From the IMG/VR virus record IMGVR_UViG_3300037634_004692: a DNA stretch of 64,000 bases. One strand, 5' to 3'. The notes below the pieces were generated by a model. It was not told the DNA's origin, made no database searches, and worked only from the letters and a program-made list of their open reading frames with translations. Every line of letters begins with the position of its first letter. Position 1 is the stretch's first letter. This DNA is from an uncultured virus (IMG/VR IMGVR_UViG_3300037634_004692) (Duplodnaviria > Heunggongvirae > Uroviricota > Caudoviricetes). Positions 38,228-48,276 of this stretch are shown here, one piece after another. Position numbers and translations under genes: made by a program.

Positions 38228-38815
38228 ATGATTATAACAACTGATATTGATATTGATATTGCAAATAGAAACAAACTATTGCGATTAATTCGCAATACTC
38301 CAGCAATGATTGAAGATAGTAATAAAAAGAGAAAACACAATACCGGCGTTTACTTTCATGAAGTGCCAGAAGATCCGTTTACAGGATTGTGTACAATTGA
38401 TCATAAGGAAAGCGAAAAACTTGGACTGTTTAAAATTGATGTGCTAAATGTTAGTCTTTATGATGATATTACTACTACTGCTGAACTTGATGAACTTCTT
38501 GAAATGGAACCAATGTGGGAATTATTAGAGCATAAAGAAATAGTGCAGAAGTGTTTTCATATACATAATCATTATGATATTGTACAGCAAACAAAGCCTA
38601 CAAGTGTACAACAACTAGCAGCAGTGTTAGGGATGATTCGTCCAGCAAAGCGATATTTAGTAGGCAAGAGCTGGAGTACAATTATGGAAGAAGTGTGGAT
38701 TAAGCCAACAGATAACGAAGGCTATTTCTTTAAGAAAGCCCACGCCCATGCCTATGCATTAGCTATTATAGTTCAATTAAATAAAATTCTTAAAGATTTT
38801 TCTTCATCAAATTAA
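38228..38815 (+). CDS. Miniature DNA polymerase III alpha (C-family) catalytic core
   Basis: DIDID, HNTGV, GLFKIDVL, IRP and FKKAHAHAYA match the DnaE motifs PDxDxD, HAxGV, GLxKxDxL, RPG and FNKSHxxAYA in the same order. Confidence 0.8.
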   Translation: MIITTDIDIDIANRNKLLRLIRNTPAMIEDSNKKRKHNTGVYFHEVPEDPFTGLCTIDHKESEKLGLFKIDVLNVSLYDDITTTAELDELLEMEPMWELLEHKEIVQKCFHIHNHYDIVQQTKPTSVQQLAAVLGMIRPAKRYLVGKSWSTIMEEVWIKPTDNEGYFFKKAHAHAYALAIIVQLNKILKDFSSSN

Positions 38816-39161
38816 TAGATCTACGTTTAATACGTTTTGTAATACTATTGCTAAGTTTAACTTCAGGCCCAGCAATAATTTCCATTTGCTTTACATTAAA
38901 ACTTTGGCAACAATATTGAAAATCCCATTTATTAATTAATGCAATGTTGATTGGAAGTTTTCTATTCGTCTCCCACCACCATGTTTCGCCAAGCTGTAAA
39001 AATTTAATTTTATCATGTTTTTGGCTAATACGGTCATATATATACATGCTAGCAATTTGTGTGTCAATATTTTGTATTATGCCGAGGTATTCATTTCCAG
39101 CATACTCAATGACCGTTAAAAACGGGTATTTTTCTAATAAATCTTGGTATAATATTTTCAT
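38790..39161 (-). CDS. Hypothetical protein
   Basis: 123 aa; CTAAATA late-like site 8 nt upstream on the minus strand. Confidence 0.75.
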   Translation of the reverse strand: MKILYQDLLEKYPFLTVIEYAGNEYLGIIQNIDTQIASMYIYDRISQKHDKIKFLQLGETWWWETNRKLPINIALINKWDFQYCCQSFNVKQMEIIAGPEVKLSNSITKRIKRRSINLMKKNL

Positions 39162-39225
39162 GTTACTATTATTTAGTCATTAAATTTTTTGCGTTTTTCA
39201 ATAAATAATACTATAGGAGACTACC

Positions 39226-40044
39226 ATGAGTAATTACAGTTCAAGTTATAATATAAATCAAGCAGGCGATATATACGCCATTGATACAAAATCTACCAGA
39301 TCATCATTAAGTAAGTACACTAGCTCACGAGCTACCACAGTTAATGCGCCAGTTAACTATAGAAAGTTAATGCTATTCCGTGGTTACGACAATGAGTTTT
39401 ATTTTTTTGTTAAAACACAAAATGGCAAAGTATTTGATTTGCGCGGCGTTAGCATACAAGGAAGTTTAATAAATCGCACTAATAATAGTAAGATTTTTGG
39501 TGAATATTGTCAAGTTGAAGATTATGAAACTGGAATGATTAAACTGGTAGTCCGTTCCAACAAAATATCATCATTAGAAAATGGTGATTGTGATATAATA
39601 CTTACATACACTGATGAGCAAGGACTTACAAAGCCATTGTTCAGTGATCTAAATATGCGCCCTGCATTTACATGTGAATGTACAGATAAAGCTGGGTATA
39701 TTCCATTAATAACACAAACCTTTACAAACTTCAGTGAAGATAATGGATATTTGTACAGTGGTGCCATCCAAGGCCCTGCATATTATGAAAAACCAAATGG
39801 ATTAGTTACTGCTGGCGTATATTGTACTGGATATACTGGTAAGTTCTTTATTCAAGGTACAACTAGCCCAAACCCAAGTGACGATGATTGGTTTGATATC
39901 GAACTTGGCGTACAAAATTATCATCATAGTTTTAGTAATTTTACTGGGATTGAACCCTTTAGCTTTCAAAGCAATTTAAACTTTTTTAGAGCAAAAATAG
40001 AAATTAATACAGGATCAGTTGACAAATTAGCCATTCGCGTGTAA
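39226..40044 (+). CDS. Hypothetical structural protein
   Basis: Late promoter and AGGAG RBS; beta-rich. Confidence 0.65.
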   Translation: MSNYSSSYNINQAGDIYAIDTKSTRSSLSKYTSSRATTVNAPVNYRKLMLFRGYDNEFYFFVKTQNGKVFDLRGVSIQGSLINRTNNSKIFGEYCQVEDYETGMIKLVVRSNKISSLENGDCDIILTYTDEQGLTKPLFSDLNMRPAFTCECTDKAGYIPLITQTFTNFSEDNGYLYSGAIQGPAYYEKPNGLVTAGVYCTGYTGKFFIQGTTSPNPSDDDWFDIELGVQNYHHSFSNFTGIEPFSFQSNLNFFRAKIEINTGSVDKLAIRV

Positions 40045-40047
40045 TAT
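40019..40047 (+). promoter_or_regulatory. Sigma70-type promoter, 6 nt before the primase ATG
   Basis: TTGACA-17-TAATAT. Confidence 0.7.
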
Positions 40048-40053
40048 AATACT

Positions 40054-41064
40054 ATGGCTTTAATTACTGATTATATTAATACTCTGATTCCTGTTACCTG
40101 GAAACGGCAACCTAGTGGTTGGGTTTCGGGTAATTGTCCTATGTGTGTAGTTAATGGTGAATCACGACCAGATACTAAGTCACGAGGTGGATTTCGGTTT
40201 GAAGATGAAAAATTCCAATATCATTGTTTTAATTGTAATTATGCTACTGGGTGGTCACCAGGTAAACGGTTAAGTTATCGACTTAAAAAATTAATGACAC
40301 AATTGGGCGCTGATGAAAGTGATGTTCAGCGTTTGCAACTTGAGCTTATGCGTGAAGATGAAATGGCTGCCTTGCTCACTAAAAAACAAAAACGTGAAGC
40401 ACCTGTTATTATTAATTGGCCAGAACTTGAATTACCACAAGGCGCCATGTCATTATGTGATTATAATGAGCCGGATGGTAACTTCATTGAAGCAGCAACT
40501 TATCTATCTGATCGTGGTTTTGATATCAATGATACAAGATTTATGTATACGACTAGTCGAACACCTGCTCGTATGCATAGTCGTTTTATTATTCCTTTTA
40601 TACATAAGCAAAAGTCTGTTGGCTATACAGCTCGTTGGATTGGTAATCCGCCTGATAAAATGCCTAAATATTTTAATCAACAACCGCCAAAGAATTTTGT
40701 CTATGGATTAGATAGACAGGTTGGAAAGAAAACTATTATTGTAACTGAGGGTATATTAGATGCAATTGTTACTGATGGTGTTGCTATTGGTAGTAATAAT
40801 ATTAATGTTGAACAAGCAAATATTATTGATAGCTTAAATGCTAAAATAGTATTATTACCTGATGCAGACAAAGCAGGAGCCAACGCAGTACATACAGCAT
40901 TAGAATATGGATGGAATGTAGCATTTCCAGAATGGGATAACTGTAAAGATGCAACAGATGCACAAGTTAAATATGGCAGATTGTTTACAATATCTAGTAT
41001 TTTGGATAGCACAGAAACAAATCCAACTAAAATAAAAGTGTTAACAAAGGCATATTGTAAATGA
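40054..41064 (+). CDS. gp61: DNA primase (gp61-like)
   Basis: Zn ribbon CPMC...HCFNC; TOPRIM motifs TEGILD, PDAD and KD. Confidence 0.92.
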   Translation: MALITDYINTLIPVTWKRQPSGWVSGNCPMCVVNGESRPDTKSRGGFRFEDEKFQYHCFNCNYATGWSPGKRLSYRLKKLMTQLGADESDVQRLQLELMREDEMAALLTKKQKREAPVIINWPELELPQGAMSLCDYNEPDGNFIEAATYLSDRGFDINDTRFMYTTSRTPARMHSRFIIPFIHKQKSVGYTARWIGNPPDKMPKYFNQQPPKNFVYGLDRQVGKKTIIVTEGILDAIVTDGVAIGSNNINVEQANIIDSLNAKIVLLPDADKAGANAVHTALEYGWNVAFPEWDNCKDATDAQVKYGRLFTISSILDSTETNPTKIKVLTKAYCK

Positions 41065-41122
41065 AATAATTTATAATAGACATTAACGTATAATATACAA
41101 CGCACAGGAATTAAAAAGAAAT

Positions 41123-42520
41123 ATGACTGACATAAAAGAATATACACAAGAACTACAAACATTATTTGTAGAATTTTTAGCGCATGATAATGATTTATTT
41201 GTTCGAGTAAATGGTATTCTTGATCCTGCATATTTTGATCGTACATTGCGGAAAACAGTTGCATTTATTCAAGATTATGCAAATGAGTATGCAGCATTGC
41301 CAACTGATCAACAAATATTAGCGACAAGTGGTATAGAGCTTAAAGGCTTAGGTGACAACCCAATTGATGAACGGCATCGAGAATGGTTCATTGATGAGTT
41401 TGAAACATTTTGTAAGCATAAAGCATTAGAAGGTGCGATTTTAAAATCAGCTGACTTGCTAGAAAACGGTGAGTTTGGCGCAGTAGAAAAAATAATTAAA
41501 GATGCAGTTCAAATTGGACTTGCTAAACACATGGGTACTAACTATTGGGAAAGTCCAGCTGAACGTATTCAGCGAATTCGTGACGCTCGTGGTGCAACTA
41601 GTACTGGTTGGAAAGAAATAGATAAGAAACTATATGGCGGTTTTAATAGAGGCGAATTAAACATATTTGCTGCACCATCTGGTGGTGGTAAAAGTTTATT
41701 TTTACAAAACTTAGCTCTGAATTGGAGTTTAGCCGGACACAACGTATTATATATTAGTTTAGAGCTTAGTGAAGAACTATGTAGTATGCGATTAGATGGC
41801 ATGCTTACTGGAATGAACACAACAGAAGTATTTAAAAATGTAGATGATGTTGATTTAAAAGTTCGAATTCAAGGCAAGTCAGCAGGCAGTTTTCAAGTAG
41901 TACAGTTACCGAATGGTATTACAGTAAATCAATTGAATAGTTATATTAAAGAATATGAAGTGAAGTACAATATTAAAGTAGATGCATTATGTGTTGATTA
42001 TTTGGATTTGATGTCACCAGCACAAACAAAAGTATCTGCGTCTGACTTGTTTATTAAAGATAAGTTTGTTAGTGAAGAATTACGTAACTTTGCAGTTGAG
42101 CACCAGTTCTTGTTTGCAACAGCATCGCAGTTAAACCGAGCAGCAGTAGAGGAAGTAGAATTTGATCATTCTCATATTGCTGGTGGTATATCTAAAATTC
42201 AAACTGCTGATAATGTAATTGGTATTTTTACAAGTACAGCAATGCGCGAACGTGGCCGCTATCAAATTCAATTTATGAAAACACGTAGTAGTGCTGGTGT
42301 AGGAAGTAAAGTTGACTTGGCATTCGATACAGCCGGCCTGCGCATTACTGACTTACCAGAAGATGCTGAAGAAGTAACACAAGTTAGTAGCATTTATGAT
42401 AAAATTAAAAAGAAGTCAACACTCAAGCAATCTGCCAATAATTTAGCAGAAAACGCAGTAGCTGATCGAGCAATCGACAATACTGATAAACTCCGTAACA
42501 TCTTAAAGAAACAAGATTAA
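41123..42520 (+). CDS. gp41: Replicative DnaB-family helicase (gp41-like)
   Basis: APSGGGKS, ISLELSE, VDYLDL, TASQLNR and KTR motifs. Confidence 0.95.
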   Translation: MTDIKEYTQELQTLFVEFLAHDNDLFVRVNGILDPAYFDRTLRKTVAFIQDYANEYAALPTDQQILATSGIELKGLGDNPIDERHREWFIDEFETFCKHKALEGAILKSADLLENGEFGAVEKIIKDAVQIGLAKHMGTNYWESPAERIQRIRDARGATSTGWKEIDKKLYGGFNRGELNIFAAPSGGGKSLFLQNLALNWSLAGHNVLYISLELSEELCSMRLDGMLTGMNTTEVFKNVDDVDLKVRIQGKSAGSFQVVQLPNGITVNQLNSYIKEYEVKYNIKVDALCVDYLDLMSPAQTKVSASDLFIKDKFVSEELRNFAVEHQFLFATASQLNRAAVEEVEFDHSHIAGGISKIQTADNVIGIFTSTAMRERGRYQIQFMKTRSSAGVGSKVDLAFDTAGLRITDLPEDAEEVTQVSSIYDKIKKKSTLKQSANNLAENAVADRAIDNTDKLRNILKKQD

Positions 42521-42571
42521 AAATAATATTATTGCTAAATACTACTATATAGTGCATATGGAGTCATTGAC

Positions 42572-42820
42572 ATGAAGAAACGAATAAAATCTTTACTAGA
42601 AGAAATTAATGAGATTTCACCAGTAAAGGACAATAACCAATTATTGGAAAGCCGCGGAATGAATGCTATTCACGGTATTATCAATCTATTAGAGATGATT
42701 GATGCAACATGTGATGATGAAACAGCGGCTGATCTTAACAAGCGTATTATGTTAAGTATTAAAAATCGAGATCATGATCGTTTTATGCGTGGAATTAAAA
42801 AGCTGAGAACGAAAAAGTGA
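42572..42820 (+). CDS. Hypothetical late protein
   Basis: CTAAATA site and GGAG RBS upstream. Confidence 0.7.
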   Translation: MKKRIKSLLEEINEISPVKDNNQLLESRGMNAIHGIINLLEMIDATCDDETAADLNKRIMLSIKNRDHDRFMRGIKKLRTKK

Positions 42821-44004
42821 AAATTAAAGATATAGTCGGAACAAAAAAGAGATACAATCGTGATTCACGTAAGCGAAGAATTGTACAAAAATCGTTGTTT
42901 ACTGTTGATCCAAAAAAATTAAGCGAAGGAGCCCGTATCCAACATCTTGAAGATTTGGCTATATGGGATGGAAGCAACGGCGGAAAAAAAGCTATTGCAT
43001 CATTAAAGAGTTTAGAACATAGTCCTGGTGACACAACTATTAAATGGGACGGGTCACCAGCAATTATATATGGAAGAAACGATCAGGGAGAGTTTGTACT
43101 TACTGATAAAAGTGGCTTTGGTGCAAAAGGATATGATGGTCGAGTTACAAGTCCAGAAGCATTAGAAAAAATGTTTATGAGTCGTAAAAGCCGCCCAGGC
43201 ACTGAAGCAAGCAGAGCAGAATTTGCAGCACGTATGGCATCATTATGGCCAGCATTTGAATCATCAACACCAGCAGATTTTCGTGGATATGTACATGGTG
43301 ACTTATTGTATACTGAAACACCATCAATTAAAAATAATCGTTTAGTTTTTCAACCTAATACAACATTATATACAGTTGATCCACTAAGTGACATTGGTAA
43401 AAGAGTTGCCAATAGTAAAATTGGTGTAGTGTTACATGCTTATATTGATATGGATGGAAATATAAGTGCAGTTGATGCAACAAAATTTACCACAGGTGAA
43501 TTATTAGTAATGCCACCAGCAGTTGTTACAACTGCCCCAGAGATTGATGTAGATGGTATTAATGAGCTAGAGGCAATTGTTGCCAAATATGGCAATGATA
43601 TCGACACATTGGTTAGTCCGCCGCCGGAACTAAAAATGAAGTCCTTCCAAGACATGCTTTATACATACGTTAATTCAGCAGTAAAAACAAATAGTCTTGG
43701 ATCACTAGGCAATAGTCAACATTTTATGGATTGGTTATCGAATTCAAAAGCCAGTAATAAAATGAAAGAAAAAGTAGTTGATTGGATTAAACAACATAAT
43801 CAAGGCTTTGATGCATTGTTCCAGTTTATTGCAAAAGCAATGACAGTTAAAAATCAAATTATTAAACTATTAGATAGTCAACCAGCTGATATTGAAGCCC
43901 ACACCAATGGAGAACAAGGTGGCGAGGGTTATGTAGTAGGCAGAGATGTCAAATTAGTAAATCGAGCTGGGTTCACCGCAGCTAATTTTGCGAGGAATAA
44001 TTAA
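42817..44004 (+). CDS. Phage protein with ligase / nucleotidyltransferase-like motifs
   Basis: TIKWDG (motif I-like), VHGDL, GEGYVV (IV-like) and VKLV (V-like). Confidence 0.6.
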   Translation: MKIKDIVGTKKRYNRDSRKRRIVQKSLFTVDPKKLSEGARIQHLEDLAIWDGSNGGKKAIASLKSLEHSPGDTTIKWDGSPAIIYGRNDQGEFVLTDKSGFGAKGYDGRVTSPEALEKMFMSRKSRPGTEASRAEFAARMASLWPAFESSTPADFRGYVHGDLLYTETPSIKNNRLVFQPNTTLYTVDPLSDIGKRVANSKIGVVLHAYIDMDGNISAVDATKFTTGELLVMPPAVVTTAPEIDVDGINELEAIVAKYGNDIDTLVSPPPELKMKSFQDMLYTYVNSAVKTNSLGSLGNSQHFMDWLSNSKASNKMKEKVVDWIKQHNQGFDALFQFIAKAMTVKNQIIKLLDSQPADIEAHTNGEQGGEGYVVGRDVKLVNRAGFTAANFARNN

Positions 44005-44760
44005 ATGAGCGACGATAACGAAGAACAGCAGCGTTTAGATGCAACAATGGATTTATTAAACGATGAAAACGATAAAGATCTTAGCTTTATTCAGTCACTT
44101 GGCGAAGCTAGAATGTTTAAAACTCGTAACCAAATTCAATCAGAAGGTGTGGAGCAATTATCAAATCATTTGTTTGCAAATTTATTAAGCCTATTTGTTT
44201 TAAGTCAGGATTATAATTATGGTCCAGTTGCAAAAGCATATGCACAAAAAACTACACAAATGGGTGGCTTTGGTAGACCAAGCCCAAGCGGTACTGATTT
44301 ATTCCAGACAATTCACAGTTTAAAGAACCCTAGTTATTTTGCAGGTGACGCACGTGATGCCATGTTATTAAATAAAATCAATATCAATGATACACAGATT
44401 AAAAGATTTTTAAATAAAATTAAATCAGGCAAAGTATCAAGCCATGATGCAGCACCATTTTTTATGAAACTAGAACGTGATTTAAAAATTAGTGATCCTA
44501 AATTACGTGCAACTCGCAGACTTGCACAGGATTGGACTAAGCTAAGTACAGCCCAGCGTCAGTTAGCTGGAGATCACTTATTTAAATATTACCGTACAAA
44601 TGCATGGAAAAGTGATATGATGCCGTTATACTCAAAATTTGCAAAAGATAATAATCTAGCACTCACACAAAGCAAAAAAGCAACAATTGCTAAGTCTGTG
44701 GCACGTAAAGTTGGTTCGTTTGCAGCAGGTTACATTATTGGTAAAAACCTGGAAGTGTAA
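44005..44760 (+). CDS. Hypothetical protein
   Basis: 251-aa ORF abutting the upstream stop. Confidence 0.75.
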   Translation: MSDDNEEQQRLDATMDLLNDENDKDLSFIQSLGEARMFKTRNQIQSEGVEQLSNHLFANLLSLFVLSQDYNYGPVAKAYAQKTTQMGGFGRPSPSGTDLFQTIHSLKNPSYFAGDARDAMLLNKININDTQIKRFLNKIKSGKVSSHDAAPFFMKLERDLKISDPKLRATRRLAQDWTKLSTAQRQLAGDHLFKYYRTNAWKSDMMPLYSKFAKDNNLALTQSKKATIAKSVARKVGSFAAGYIIGKNLEV

Positions 44761-44762
44761 TT

Positions 44763-45173
44763 GTGCAATCACAATATTATGAAATACATACATTGATAGA
44801 TATAACAAATACAAAAATGGTAAATCCTAAAGGTAATACCATTCCGTATCAACAAATGCAAAATTTAAATAGTATAATGCAAATTTTGGGAATGCGAACG
44901 CAACCTATGCACATAACAGTAATAGAGGATAGTAATACAGAAATATCAGACTGGAACGATAAAAAGGTATGGACTATGAAATTCTCTTGTGAAACAGATG
45001 ATGCATGGACAAAAGATGGCGATAACGTACATTATCTAAACTTAGATTTAAATGGAACACCAGTAATTACTGGATTGACTGAAACAGTTAGCATTGAACC
45101 AGCGTGTTTTGTTACCAATGGTGCGGGGATAAATACATATATAACTTTTATACCCTGGCCTGATAAATACTAA
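44763..45173 (+). CDS. Hypothetical protein
   Basis: GTG start, 136 aa, within an operon. Confidence 0.65.
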   Translation: MQSQYYEIHTLIDITNTKMVNPKGNTIPYQQMQNLNSIMQILGMRTQPMHITVIEDSNTEISDWNDKKVWTMKFSCETDDAWTKDGDNVHYLNLDLNGTPVITGLTETVSIEPACFVTNGAGINTYITFIPWPDKY

Positions 45174-45242
45174 TAACTAGTGCAGAGTGCTAGTGTAAAA
45201 ATGAAAATCAGCTCTTTAAGAGACTTGGGGTGAAAATACAAA

Positions 45243-45527
45243 ATGGTAATGCAACAGTCAAGACTAGAGCGTGAAAATCTTGAAGCACATGTAGATTTAT
45301 GTGCAGAGAGGTATCGCGTGTTAGAAGAAAAATTTAATCGACTAGAAAATAAAGTTGACAGCATTGCTGATTCAATGCAAAAGTTAACTGAAAGACAAGC
45401 AACAGACAAGGCGTCTGGATCAAAATTAATTATTGGTGCAGCAGCCACAGTTATAGCAGGTTTGCTATCGACTATTGTTTTATTGCTTTTAAATTTAAAT
45501 AATGTTACACCATTATTGACACATTAG
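45243..45527 (+). CDS. Coiled-coil protein with C-terminal TM helix (possible holin-like)
   Basis: LEAHVDLCAERY coiled coil, then LIIGAAATVIAGLLSTIVLLLL. Confidence 0.6.
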   Translation: MVMQQSRLERENLEAHVDLCAERYRVLEEKFNRLENKVDSIADSMQKLTERQATDKASGSKLIIGAAATVIAGLLSTIVLLLLNLNNVTPLLTH

Positions 45528-45541
45528 GAGTATAATAATAA

Positions 45542-45832
45542 ATGAAGTTTTTGAACGAAGCATATAATACAGTTATAACAGAAGCTAAAGTTGTCTTTGC
45601 TAAACGAGGAAATTCAGTAGCAAAAAAGTTTCGTTGTACTGTAGGGAAACGAAAAGGTCGAGTTGTAGCTAGTCCACAGCAATGTGCAGCACCAATCGAT
45701 CTAAAAAAACGTTTTATTATGAAACGTACAAAAGCATCAAAAGGCGCTCGTATGTTAAAGAAAGCCCAACGCACAAAGAAAACAAGTGCAGCAAGTAAAA
45801 TCGCAGCCAGGCTGAACAAATCCCGTCGTTAA
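45542..45832 (+). CDS. Small basic protein
   Basis: AGGAG RBS; very K/R-rich after an acidic N-terminus. Confidence 0.75.
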   Translation: MKFLNEAYNTVITEAKVVFAKRGNSVAKKFRCTVGKRKGRVVASPQQCAAPIDLKKRFIMKRTKASKGARMLKKAQRTKKTSAASKIAARLNKSRR

Positions 45833-46100
45833 ATGAATCCGTAAATACTGTTTATAGGTACTAGTTATACTGCTGGCCAATGAACCACGGCCAAAGTGAA
45901 TTCCAGGATGAAAATGACCCGTGGTGTAAGTTATTAGCTGATAAATTGCAACTCCCGTATAAAAAATAGGCATACTAGGTGTTGAAAACTGGGAGTTAAC
46001 ACAAAATCTATTAATAAATTTTAACTGGGATAATAGCAGTTGTGATTGTAGTCATTGGGATGAAATTGCCAGGCTTTTGTATAAATACATAAAAGTATAA
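45833..46100 (+). pseudogene. Decayed SGNH/GDSL-hydrolase-like gene
   Basis: Stitched frames give MNP*ILFIGTSYTAGQ* / ...DPWCKLLADKLQLPYK / IGILGVENW...HWDEIARLLYKYIKV*. Confidence 0.55.
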
Positions 46101-46113
46101 GGAAACCTTTATT

Positions 46114-46620
46114 ATGAAAATTCAAGGCGATTCAATAATTGACAGTGTAATAGAATATGCACATATGCAATTTGGCGTAGAACTGTCTATCGAAGAAGTA
46201 AGCAGGCAGCTTAAAGAATTGTCACTAGGCCAAACATTAGAACTAGTGACAGCGTTAAAAAGATCTAATGATAATGAGTTTAGTCGTATTATTGATTTGT
46301 CTGTTGCTGTGGAGTCAACAGATTTAACAGCGGAATCAGGATACGGTACGGCTACGACACCATCAGCAAGCCGCGCCACTGTTAGAAAACAAGCAGTATC
46401 AGCTAACCAAGCAAATAGACAAGCAAAGATAGCAAGCGTAACTCGTGCAGGCGGCAGTAAACGTGTAACCGCAGGAAGCAAAAAAGCTCCAACTGGTACT
46501 ACAACAGTTAAAGATCCGGATGATCAGCAAAGAAATGCAAATTCATCATCAGCACATGCGAATTCAAATGAAATTAATCGTTTGAAAGATTTAATAGGTA
46601 AGTTAGCCAAAGGAAAATAA
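46114..46620 (+). CDS. Hypothetical late protein
   Basis: TATAAATA at 46080; AAGGA RBS. Confidence 0.7.
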   Translation: MKIQGDSIIDSVIEYAHMQFGVELSIEEVSRQLKELSLGQTLELVTALKRSNDNEFSRIIDLSVAVESTDLTAESGYGTATTPSASRATVRKQAVSANQANRQAKIASVTRAGGSKRVTAGSKKAPTGTTTVKDPDDQQRNANSSSAHANSNEINRLKDLIGKLAKGK

Positions 46621-46624
46621 TGAA

Positions 46625-46837
46625 ATGAAATTAGTAGAAGCTCCAGGCGGCATTAGTGTAATATTATCAAATCGTGAACATGCAATGTGGGAAAGTTTGT
46701 ATGAAGAAAAATGCAAGTCTGACTTAACTGAGCGCGAAGTTCATTTGGCACAACATTTAACAAGCAAGGGTGTTGTTAAACGCCTTACCCGTGAAGGTAA
46801 GACATATTTTAGTAGAATCAGAGGGAGTATCCAATGA
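46625..46837 (+). CDS. Hypothetical protein (possible winged helix)
   Basis: LTEREVHLAQHLTSKGVVKR. Confidence 0.65.
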   Translation: MKLVEAPGGISVILSNREHAMWESLYEEKCKSDLTEREVHLAQHLTSKGVVKRLTREGKTYFSRIRGSIQ

Positions 46838-47427
46838 GCAATCCAGAAGTAAAGGCTATGGAAGAAATCCTAGCAAAAATGCAAAATGCACAAGCTAATG
46901 CTGAACACATTAGAGAAGAACGTGCCCAGGGTAATGTAGTAGTTAGTGAAAGTGCTCAAGAAATGTATGATATTTTAGCTAAACTGCAAAATGCAACAAA
47001 TGATTCTGCATCTAAATTAGTTATTAACGAAGACGTTAAATTAAACGATAGTACACACAATACAACTGTTGGTATTGGTGGCAGCTTAAATATAGTTCTT
47101 GAAAAACAAAACGTATATGGTTTTAAAAAAACATATTATACAATAACAGAAAATGATAAGCCAATTGTATCAAGTTTAGCATTATTTGAAAGTGCAATGG
47201 CTATTATTAAATTAAAATTACGTGAAAATAAAATTAGTTCTACTAAATTAGATCGTATTATTGAACTTGATACTCTTTACTGTACTAAATTTGACGAAGC
47301 AGCAAGGTATAAACAACGTGCAAAAGCAATCAATGAATCAGCCAAGCAAGACGTTTATATGGCAAAACATAGTGTAGCAGTAGGAAAAATGCGTTCATTG
47401 AAGAGCCAGATCAAGAAACTATTATAA
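46834..47427 (+). CDS. Hypothetical late protein
   Basis: ATGA coupling; GGAG RBS. Confidence 0.7.
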   Translation: MSNPEVKAMEEILAKMQNAQANAEHIREERAQGNVVVSESAQEMYDILAKLQNATNDSASKLVINEDVKLNDSTHNTTVGIGGSLNIVLEKQNVYGFKKTYYTITENDKPIVSSLALFESAMAIIKLKLRENKISSTKLDRIIELDTLYCTKFDEAARYKQRAKAINESAKQDVYMAKHSVAVGKMRSLKSQIKKLL

Positions 47428-47478
47428 AACCAGCTTTTTGTATAAATACTATATACAACAAATAGCGAGGTTTACCAA

Positions 47479-48276
47479 ATGATTTTACATGATTTACAAG
47501 AAAATACACTTGCCAAAGTGCAAACGGCATTAACTGAAACATTCGGGGTCGACATTGACTTCAATGCTTCAAAAGAAAAGTTAATAAAAATGCAAGCCGC
47601 AACGGATTCACGAATTAATAAATTGCGTGAAAGTGGATGTGAGCAAACAACTAAAAGTTATCAAAAATTGCTACTAATAAATGAAGGCTTAAAACATGCC
47701 GTCATTAACGCAACTAATTATCATACACAGGAAGAAACAGTGAAAGTATCAGAATCAGCAGACTTAGATCAAGCAGAAGTGCTATTAGCAGCAAAGCAAA
47801 TGGCAGACGATCTACAAAAAATGGCAGAAAATTTAGCAAGTATGCAAGTTGAAGATTTAATGAGTATTACAAATGCTATGAAAGAAGAAGTTGGTACCGC
47901 AGAAGCAGAAGCATTTAATGTTGCTGCTGAAGCTGCCATTGGCGGAGCTTTAGACGCAGTTAAAGCAGCCAATGAAGGTGTAAGCAATGCAGTATTAGCA
48001 GCACAAGGCCAAGAAATACCTTCAGATATGGATGACATGGACATGGGTATTGATACAACTCCGGATCTAGACATGGATGTAGATGTTGGAGATGAAGAAC
48101 CAGAAGCAGATGATTTTGAAGGTGCTGACGCAGCTGATAGTTCATTTGATGATACTGGTAGAGAGATGAAGGAAGATGCATACCTTGCAGCAATGCGCAT
48201 CGTAAAAGAAGCGCAGTCGGAAGGAAAAGTAAGTACAACTATCCTGAAGCAAGCGTTTGCTCATCTTAAAAAATAA
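47479..48276 (+). CDS. Acidic coiled-coil late protein (scaffold / internal-head-like)
   Basis: TATAAATA at 47441; helical with a D/E-rich tail. Confidence 0.65.
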   Translation: MILHDLQENTLAKVQTALTETFGVDIDFNASKEKLIKMQAATDSRINKLRESGCEQTTKSYQKLLLINEGLKHAVINATNYHTQEETVKVSESADLDQAEVLLAAKQMADDLQKMAENLASMQVEDLMSITNAMKEEVGTAEAEAFNVAAEAAIGGALDAVKAANEGVSNAVLAAQGQEIPSDMDDMDMGIDTTPDLDMDVDVGDEEPEADDFEGADAADSSFDDTGREMKEDAYLAAMRIVKEAQSEGKVSTTILKQAFAHLKK

